This document shows, one piece after another, positions 22,589 through 28,936 of a stretch of DNA of 32,000 nucleotides (the stretch's first letter is position 1; each line of letters opens with the position of its first letter). Location of the stretch: NCBI RefSeq assembly GCF_013177435.1, contig NZ_CP053627.1:2730001-2762000 (forward strand). Reading direction: 5' to 3'. This stretch comes from Xylella taiwanensis (GTDB lineage: Bacteria > Pseudomonadota > Gammaproteobacteria > Xanthomonadales > Xanthomonadaceae). The notes under the pieces were generated by a model. The model was not told where the DNA came from, did no database searches, and saw only the letters and a list, made by a program, of their open reading frames with translations. A program made the translations under genes and the position numbers.

Positions 22589-23035
22589 TCACAACCTGAG
22601 ATCGAGTAATCCATCGCCAAGATCACCATCAGAAAGCGTCTGCTGGATCAATGCACGATGCGCCTGCTCGCTCCAAAGTTCGAACTTGTCTCCCATCCCT
22701 AGTAACACCGCTTTTTTCTCGATACCAACTGCACCACGGTGACTGGGCGGAACACTAATGCGTCCGTTGGCGTCCAACTCCAACACCGCCGAGGAACCAA
22801 CAAGCTTCTGCTGTAGTACCCGAATCATACGCTGGGTATTGGGCTTGACCATCAGTTCATCACGAACACGTTCCCACTCTTTCTCTGCATACAACCAAAG
22901 ACAACCAGCCTCGAACGGGTTGTACGTCAACACAAGACGATTGGCGCTCATGCTTGCGACAAGATCGCGATAGGCCGTAGGGACCACCATGCGTCCTTTA
23001 TCGTCCAACGTAATGGCCGTTTCACCCTGGAACAC
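22589..23035 (-). CDS. mraZ: Transcriptional regulator MraZ
   Basis: The ORF 22589..23134 was trimmed to the GTG at 23035. This gives (M)[22 protein letters not shown], parallel to E. coli [23 protein letters not shown]. A second DxxGR repeat ([10 protein letters not shown]) is present. The length is 148 aa. Confidence 0.9.
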   Translation of the reverse strand: MFQGETAITLDDKGRMVVPTAYRDLVASMSANRLVLTYNPFEAGCLWLYAEKEWERVRDELMVKPNTQRMIRVLQQKLVGSSAVLELDANGRISVPPSHRGAVGIEKKAVLLGMGDKFELWSEQAHRALIQQTLSDGDLGDGLLDLRL

Positions 23036-23080
23036 TGTCGTAATTGCCTTCAAGGCCCTAACAAGTCCGCACCAAGGGTT

Positions 23081-23130
23081 ATTGAACCACAAAAAACCAT
23101 AAAAAACCTGGATTAACCCTATTTTTCCAC
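23081..23130 (-). promoter_or_regulatory. Array of five phased 10-bp direct repeats with a GG core (candidate MraZ operator)
   Basis: The minus strand reads GTGGAAAAAT AGGGTTAATC CAGGTTTTTT ATGGTTTTTT GTGGTTCAAT. NNGG falls at exactly 10-bp intervals. The array ends 45 bp upstream of the mraZ GTG start. Confidence 0.55.
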
Positions 23131-23131
23131 T

Positions 23132-23181
23132 CATTTAGAAAAATTTAACAACATTGATAAGATTCACCCCTTAATAATCAA
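23132..23181 (-). promoter_or_regulatory. Candidate sigma70 promoter(s) of the dcw operon (Pmra)
   Basis: There are two overlapping candidates on the minus strand. The first is TTGATT (23181-23176), a 16-nt spacer, then TATCAA (23159-23154). The second is TTATCA, a 17-nt spacer, then TAAATG (23137-23132). Both match consensus only partly and lie in very AT-rich DNA. Confidence 0.3.
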
Positions 23182-23390
23182 TAATTTACGAGAATATTTA
23201 TAAAAATTATGAATTTCATCGCAAATTTTTTTATATGAATTTAAAAATAGTAAATAATTTCAACTCCTCACAATCAAATCTAAGAAAATCGGGCACCAGA
23301 GTGACACCAATCTCATTTAAAGAAGAATTTAACTAGGACTGACCTGATTTAGACCGGGCGGGAACAGCCATCCAGAAGTATTACGCCTGC

Positions 23391-23431
23391 AAAAAACACT
23401 CCGGCACACCACACCGGAAACCGACCGGTGT
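23391..23431 (-). terminator. Terminator-like GC-rich hairpins followed by T6 (minus strand)
   Basis: The minus strand has ACACCGG-UCGGUUU-CCGGUGU (7-bp stem, 23431-23411). It is followed by CCGGUGUGGUGUGCCGG, then AGUG, then UUUUUU (23396-23391). The U tract is not directly adjacent to the best stem, so this is only a candidate. Confidence 0.3.
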
Positions 23432-23490
23432 CGGGTGATCTAGAGCAATCAAGTAAACACAACGGATATGTATGAGTGACTGTCATTTGG

Positions 23491-23499
23491 CCCCCCCCC
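23491..23499. repeat. Homopolymeric C9 (G9 on the minus strand) tract
   Basis: Read directly: ttgg-ccccccccc-tagc. It is the longest mononucleotide G/C run I saw in the window. Confidence 0.95.
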
Positions 23500-24496
23500 T
23501 AGCGCTTGTCACCAATATCGAAAATGCGTGCAGCAAGAGTTTATGGTACCGTCCGAAGCATTTCCATTCGAAGTAAAATTCCCTCCTTGGATAGGCAGTT
23601 CAAGATTAGTGGGCCGTAACGGTTGTATTACGACTATGTCGCTTACCCAGCAGGAAGATGTGAATGCCAGCACCCTCATATCGGAGATTCCTGCCTCTGT
23701 ATTCCTCGACTTGGCTCGACATGAGTGAGGAAACAATACACTGCAAGTACTGGCCTACGAGAAACACCACATCACCGCAACATCAACAACCGATGCTTCT
23801 CACGTCCAAATGATGATCCCGTGATCGGTTACTACTGCTTCTCTCTGAAAGAATAACAACAACGTATGGATGGATTATTAGGTCAAAAAGAAAGGTACAA
23901 ACATTTTTTCGATGACGGCCCACCTCAGATTAAAGACTCAGTTTGGCCGAGTGACTACACAGCCGCGAGAACATCTTTAGATAGGATGTTATGTATCTCT
24001 CAAATAATGTAGTCAGAGTTACAACAGAAAAAAGAAATAATCTGAATGACTCGAATCCTCAATGGCATTCGCTGTACCTATCCCTTTGTCTATCACTCTG
24101 AGTGCAGGAGACCATTTCACTTGACCGCTCGTGAAACCAAGCGAAACCTCAATTTCAGTAATATAACCATCAAAAATAATCTACCCTGTTGGTCTTTAAC
24201 ATCACGATGAGATTGAAATACCACCACATCACATTGATGTCGAATCGCCACACTGATCCATTCATTTTCTTATTCAGATCATCCCCAGCCTGTACCAAAC
24301 TATCCTCCACTGATCGAGTGGATGTACATCAATGCCAAATAACAACTCGATCATCATCAAGTTACACAGGTACATTTTTTCAGTTGCTTAACGTTTGGAC
24401 TTCTCCTTTACCCACAGCAATCTGCGCGAATCAAATTCCATCGCTCAGAAAATGACATGGGTATCAAGGACAATCGCTCAAACCATAGTGACTCCG

Positions 24497-24522
24497 AAGA
24501 GTTCGTACTAAGAGTTCGTACT
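24497..24522. repeat. Perfect tandem duplication, 2 x 13 bp (AAGAGTTCGTACT)
   Basis: Read directly. 24497-24509 is identical to 24510-24522, and the flanks do not extend the repeat. Confidence 0.95.
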
Positions 24523-24710
24523 TCTCATACCTTATTAAAGTCCTCGACACACGTCATTACATAAGCACCTCCCCTAGGTTGACCAACCATGACCAACATT
24601 TCGAGAATCTCGGTCCATATATTGGGCCCATACTGGACGACAGATATTCAACCTTCACTATGCAGCTTAATGGAAAAAATAACGCACTGTTATTAGTCTA
24701 CGATGTCACT

Positions 24711-24728
24711 TTTCAAATATATTTGAAA
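24711..24728. promoter_or_regulatory. Perfect 18-bp palindrome TTTCAAATATATTTGAAA (possible operator)
   Basis: The sequence equals its own reverse complement. It lies in the ORF-poor gap. Confidence 0.4.
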
Positions 24729-25105
24729 GTCATAGCAATGCATTCACTGCATTCTGACACAGGCAAACAGTCCCTCAAAACAACACGGTCTTGCCTTCAA
24801 GGTAAACACGCCTAAATGATGCGTGTATAGCCTCTCATCAGATGACTGCGGAATGGCCCAATAACCACACCACTTATTTACATAAAACAACTTAATGCAC
24901 CGATCACGCCACACACAACAGTCGCAAAACTATCATTATTTTAATAGCTACAATTTAAATACATGACACACATACTCTTAAAACTCTGCACGCTTCGACG
25001 TAATACGGAAACATCTGTTATCAGCACTCCTACCCCGAGAAACAACTTGTATAAAGACTAATGAACCACTGCGACTTAGCCATGCAGCGACTGAAGCTGA
25101 TACGC

Positions 25106-26968
25106 TCAAAGCACACCCCATTGAGACATTAAGTTAATCATCGCGACCATCACCACGATATAGATCAGGGACAACGGCCCACCTACCTGCCACAGTTCGC
25201 GTGGTTGATAGTTGGCCGGGCCGGTCACCATTGAAATCACTGGGTTGGAAACCGTCATCAGATTGTTGGAAGCTGATAGCGCTACGATCAGGCCGAATGC
25301 AGTCGGATTGCAGTTCGCTGCCAACGCCAAGTTAACTGCGATCGGGACCATCACAATCGTTGCACCAACGTGACTGATCACCAGCGAAAACGCCGTCGTC
25401 AGGAATGCCAAGGCCAGCTCGATCGCCCATACCGGCATTCCATGCGGTAGCCGGTCGATTGTGTGCCCAGCCACCCAAGCCGCGGTGCCACTGCTGTCCA
25501 TCGCCCAACCCAGAGGGATCAAGCCAGCCATCATGAAAATGGTTTTCCAGCTGATGGCAGTATAAGCCTCGTCCATGCGGATCACCCCAGTCACCAGCAT
25601 ACAAGCCACACCGGTCAACAGAGTCAACGGCACCGGTAACTTGGCCGTCAGCGCAATCACAATGGTCAATGCGAAGATTGCCATCGCAACCTTGAACTTA
25701 TGCGGGCGCTGTTCGCCTTTAGGATAATCAGTCACTGGGACGAAATCCCGGCTTTCTGCCGCCTGCGCCAGATCTTGCCAGAGGCTGTGCAACACCAGCA
25801 TATCCCCCGCACGCAGCGACACGTTACGCACGTCTTCTCGAATCACATGCTTATCGCGGCTGATCGCCAGCAAACTGATCCCCATTTGCTTACGCAAGCG
25901 CAACTCGGTCGATGTCTTATCAATGAAACGCGAACTCGGTGGGATCACCACCTCGCAAATACCAGCACATGCCGGGTTGAACAAGTCACCAAGGTGACGC
26001 AATCGTGAGGAAAAATGCAGAAATTGATGCTTCGCAAAATCAGCCACCTGCTGACGTGCTCCCATTGCCCCAAGCACACTGCCAACCCAGATGCGCATGT
26101 CCACTGGCGGAGCCAAGCGAGTATCGTTACCCATCTTCAGTGCCAACAACCGTGGCGCACCACGGATAGTTTCAGCCTCGCCTAACGTCATACCCACCAG
26201 TGGACTCTCGGCACTAACCACCAACTCGAAGACCTCGGTATCAATGCCGTAGGTACGCGCGAAATAGCTCTCGTGACGCACCGCAGCCACCTCATCGTTG
26301 GCCAAGCACTCCTCTTGAATCAGCTTGCTGTGTCCGTAGAAATAAAAGTAAAGCAACGCCGCGACCAATAATGCGACACCGATCGGCAGCGGCGCAAACA
26401 TCTGCAGCGGCTCAATTGTGGCGATTCCTGAAGGCAAATTGTTGTTGGCCGATTGCAACAAATCGTTGAGCAAGATCAATGGCGAATTACCGACCATCGT
26501 CAATGCACCACCCATGACAATCATCGCGGCAATCGGTAGTAGTAATCGCTGTAACGTGAGACCCGTGCGTGCCGCTAAACGCGCAGCAACCGGCATATAC
26601 AGTGCCATCACCGACGTGTTTTGCATCAATGGCGAGTTCAGTCCAGCAACCACCATGGTTATCAGCAACAACCGCCGTTCACTACCATCGGAGCGACGCA
26701 TCAACCAAGCCGCCAAGCGGTTCAACGCACCGGTGCGTTCCAGTCCGGCACCCAGGATAGCCGTAGCGATGATGCTCATCACTGCATTACCAGAGAAACC
26801 GCCGAAAAGCTCTTCCGGGGCAATCAACCCCGTGGTTCCCAGCACCACTAACACGATCAACGCCACCACATCAGCACGGATCCGCTCCCAGACAAACATT
26901 GCCATCGTAAAACCGACCAATCCAAGCACGAGCTTCATATCATTGGTCAACGTCAAGGCAGTATCCAT
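25106..26968 (-). CDS. SLC13/DASS-type anion permease with two central TrkA-C (RCK_C) domains
   Basis: 620-aa ORF with multi-helix hydrophobic N- and C-terminal halves. A soluble middle region contains two repeats of the pattern ...PLVGMTLGEA...GSVL and ...FIDKTSTELRLRKQMGISLLAISRD...GDMLVLHS. Confidence 0.8.
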   Translation of the reverse strand: MDTALTLTNDMKLVLGLVGFTMAMFVWERIRADVVALIVLVVLGTTGLIAPEELFGGFSGNAVMSIIATAILGAGLERTGALNRLAAWLMRRSDGSERRLLLITMVVAGLNSPLMQNTSVMALYMPVAARLAARTGLTLQRLLLPIAAMIVMGGALTMVGNSPLILLNDLLQSANNNLPSGIATIEPLQMFAPLPIGVALLVAALLYFYFYGHSKLIQEECLANDEVAAVRHESYFARTYGIDTEVFELVVSAESPLVGMTLGEAETIRGAPRLLALKMGNDTRLAPPVDMRIWVGSVLGAMGARQQVADFAKHQFLHFSSRLRHLGDLFNPACAGICEVVIPPSSRFIDKTSTELRLRKQMGISLLAISRDKHVIREDVRNVSLRAGDMLVLHSLWQDLAQAAESRDFVPVTDYPKGEQRPHKFKVAMAIFALTIVIALTAKLPVPLTLLTGVACMLVTGVIRMDEAYTAISWKTIFMMAGLIPLGWAMDSSGTAAWVAGHTIDRLPHGMPVWAIELALAFLTTAFSLVISHVGATIVMVPIAVNLALAANCNPTAFGLIVALSASNNLMTVSNPVISMVTGPANYQPRELWQVGGPLSLIYIVVMVAMINLMSQWGVL

Positions 26969-26998
26969 GGAGTGATGTAGTGATCCCGATTTCAGAAT

Positions 26999-27733
26999 TC
27001 AGACTCGATCGTAGAGCAGATCCCAGACCCTGTGACCCAGGTTTTGTCCACGCCTCTCAAAATGCGTATGAGCTCGCCAATCAGGGCAAGGTACTTGGCC
27101 ACGCAAGCCAGCACGGTTGACCAATCCAGGCGTGGCATCGAGCACATCCCACATCTGTTCAGCATAATCGGCCCAATCCGTCGCCATGTGCAGACGTCCG
27201 CCGACACGTAACTTGCGTACCAGTAACGCAGCGAATAGCGGCTGAATTAACCGGCGCTTGTGATGCCGCTTCTTATGCCAAGGATCTGGAAAATAAATGC
27301 GGACCTCATCAAGGGCACCATCTGTAATTTCCTTCTTCAGCACTTCAACAGCATCGTACTGATAAAGACGCACATGGTGGCTGCCATCCTCAGCCAACGC
27401 ATTCAACAAACGCCCTACACCCGGCGCATGCACTTCAATGCCGATATAGTCGTATCTGGGCTCCTGCCGTGCGGCGAAACGCAACGCATCGCCGTTACCA
27501 AACCCAATCTCCAGCACCTTCGGCGCACTGCGGCCAAACAACACATCCAGATCGCGCAACTGACCGATAAAGTCCACGCCAAAACACGGCCAATAGTTGT
27601 CGAAAGCACGCTTCTGAGCAGGCGTGAAACGACCCTGACGCAGCACAAAGCTACGCACTTGACGGTGCCCTTCATTGAGGATGAAGGGTTTAGGCGGGGC
27701 TTGGGTAGCATCGCTACCGAGCACATCCATCAT
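26999..27733 (-). CDS. trmB: tRNA (guanine46-N7)-methyltransferase TrmB
   Basis: 244-aa ORF with [11 protein letters not shown] (SAM-binding) and [17 protein letters not shown] motifs. ATGA overlap with the thiG stop. Confidence 0.9.
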   Translation of the reverse strand: MMDVLGSDATQAPPKPFILNEGHRQVRSFVLRQGRFTPAQKRAFDNYWPCFGVDFIGQLRDLDVLFGRSAPKVLEIGFGNGDALRFAARQEPRYDYIGIEVHAPGVGRLLNALAEDGSHHVRLYQYDAVEVLKKEITDGALDEVRIYFPDPWHKKRHHKRRLIQPLFAALLVRKLRVGGRLHMATDWADYAEQMWDVLDATPGLVNRAGLRGQVPCPDWRAHTHFERRGQNLGHRVWDLLYDRV

Positions 27734-28524
27734 CCAACCAATCCCTCAATTGGGCTGGACGCCGCAGCGTAACGCTTGCGTGGGATACGTCCAGCCAGAA
27801 ACGCTTCACGTCCAGCCTCCACAGCCTTGCGCATGGCACTGGCCATCAACACCGGAGCGCGCGCACTAGCAATCGCGGTATTCATTAATACAGCATCACA
27901 GCCAAGTTCCATCGCAATGGCCGCATCCGAGGCTGTGCCTACTCCAGCGTCAACAATGATAGGCACCTGAGCGTTCTCAATAATCTCCAGCAGGTTGTAG
28001 CGATTCTGAACCCCCAGGCCCGAACCGATGGGTGCCGCTAACGGCATCACCGCCACGCAACCGATCTCCTCCAGGCGCTTGGCCAAGATCGGGTCGTCAC
28101 TGGTATACACCATCACTTGAAAACCTTCGGCAACCAACTGTTCCGCTGCTTGCAAAGTCTGCACCACGTCCGGATACAACATCTTGTTGTCGCCAAGTAC
28201 TTCTAGCTTAGTGAGCGTGTGTCCATCCAACAGTTCCCGCGCCAACCGGCAGGTCCGCACCGCATCCTCAGCCGTGTAGCAACCCGCAGTATTGGGTAGG
28301 ATCGTGTAGCGATCCGGAGATAGAACGTTAAGCAGATTGGGCTGGTTTGGATCCTGGCCGATATTCACCCGGCGGATCGCCACGGTCACAATTTGGGCCG
28401 CCGCCGCCTCAGTGGCTAAGCGGGTCTCTTCGAGATCTTTGAACTTGCCAGTCCCAGTAAGCAACCGGGATGAGTAGGCAGTACCGGCAATAACGAGCGG
28501 ATCATGGGAAGCGAGATTGTTCAT
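27730..28524 (-). CDS. thiG: Thiazole synthase ThiG
   Basis: The ORF is 27730..28557. I prefer the ATG at 28524 ([28 protein letters not shown]) from the distance to the conserved GTGK. The ATG at 28557 remains possible. Confidence 0.88.
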   Translation of the reverse strand: MNNLASHDPLVIAGTAYSSRLLTGTGKFKDLEETRLATEAAAAQIVTVAIRRVNIGQDPNQPNLLNVLSPDRYTILPNTAGCYTAEDAVRTCRLARELLDGHTLTKLEVLGDNKMLYPDVVQTLQAAEQLVAEGFQVMVYTSDDPILAKRLEEIGCVAVMPLAAPIGSGLGVQNRYNLLEIIENAQVPIIVDAGVGTASDAAIAMELGCDAVLMNTAIASARAPVLMASAMRKAVEAGREAFLAGRIPRKRYAAASSPIEGLVG

Positions 28525-28572
28525 CCAGGGATTATGGCCGATTACCTTGCTGCGCATGGTGACTCAGGAACT

Positions 28573-28773
28573 TCAGCCTCCTCCCAGCGCATGGACGATC
28601 TCAACCCGGTCGCCCTCGTGCAGCACGTAACCCCCATGCTGGAGGCGCGGCACGATCTCCCCATTGACCTCCACCGCAACACGGCGCTCGCTTAATCCCT
28701 CCCCTGCAAGCAAGGCCACAATGGAACTCGCCTCGGGGATTTGACGGGATTGACCGTTGAGTTGGATGTTCAT
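28573..28773 (-). CDS. thiS: Sulfur carrier protein ThiS
   Basis: 66-aa ORF that ends in GG (…VEIVHALGGG) with a ubiquitin-like length. It lies immediately upstream of thiG. Confidence 0.88.
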   Translation of the reverse strand: MNIQLNGQSRQIPEASSIVALLAGEGLSERRVAVEVNGEIVPRLQHGGYVLHEGDRVEIVHALGGG

Positions 28774-28790
28774 AGATACAGAATTGTGAC

Positions 28791-28808
28791 ACCAATAATA
28801 TTATTGGT
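28791..28808. promoter_or_regulatory. Perfect 18-bp palindrome ACCAATAATATTATTGGT in the thiS/esterase divergent promoter region (possible operator)
   Basis: The sequence equals its own reverse complement. It lies 18-35 bp upstream of the thiS ATG and about 130 bp upstream of the esterase ATG. Confidence 0.45.
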
Positions 28809-28936
28809 TGAGGTTTTGCCATCACGTGACAATCACCACATGAACGCCAACCATACTGGCGAACTGATGACCACTCTTCCCTAACATACACGTTGTTTCT
28901 GCAGCACCCATCGTCGAGATTTCAAAGAAAATTCCC

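Noticed and set aside
23300-23760. RNase P RNA (rnpB) upstream of mraZ. It is adjacent to the dcw cluster in some pseudomonads, and short stretches here (GATTGCT..CTAGAT, CCCGGTCTAAATCAGGTCAGT) vaguely recall the M1 RNA 3' region.
   Set aside because: The universally conserved GGAAAGTCCGGGC and ACAGAAxCCGGCTTA elements are absent on both strands. The resemblance is too short and degenerate.
24557-24572. Strong SD (GGAGG, minus strand) 5 nt upstream of an ATG immediately followed by TAA (a start-stop mini-ORF)
   Set aside because: It is a single occurrence with no supporting promoter or conservation information, so it is plausibly chance. I note it only in case expression data show ribosome loading here.
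23300-25105. RsmA/CsrA-titrating sRNA (multiple GGA motifs) in the gap
   Set aside because: I counted about 17 GGA on the plus strand in about 1.8 kb. That is not above compositional expectation, and the motifs are not arranged in hairpin loops.
28774-28936. TPP (THI-box) riboswitch in the thiS leader
   Set aside because: Reading the minus strand, I found no CTGAGA and no ACCTGATCTGGATAATGCCAGCG-type core.
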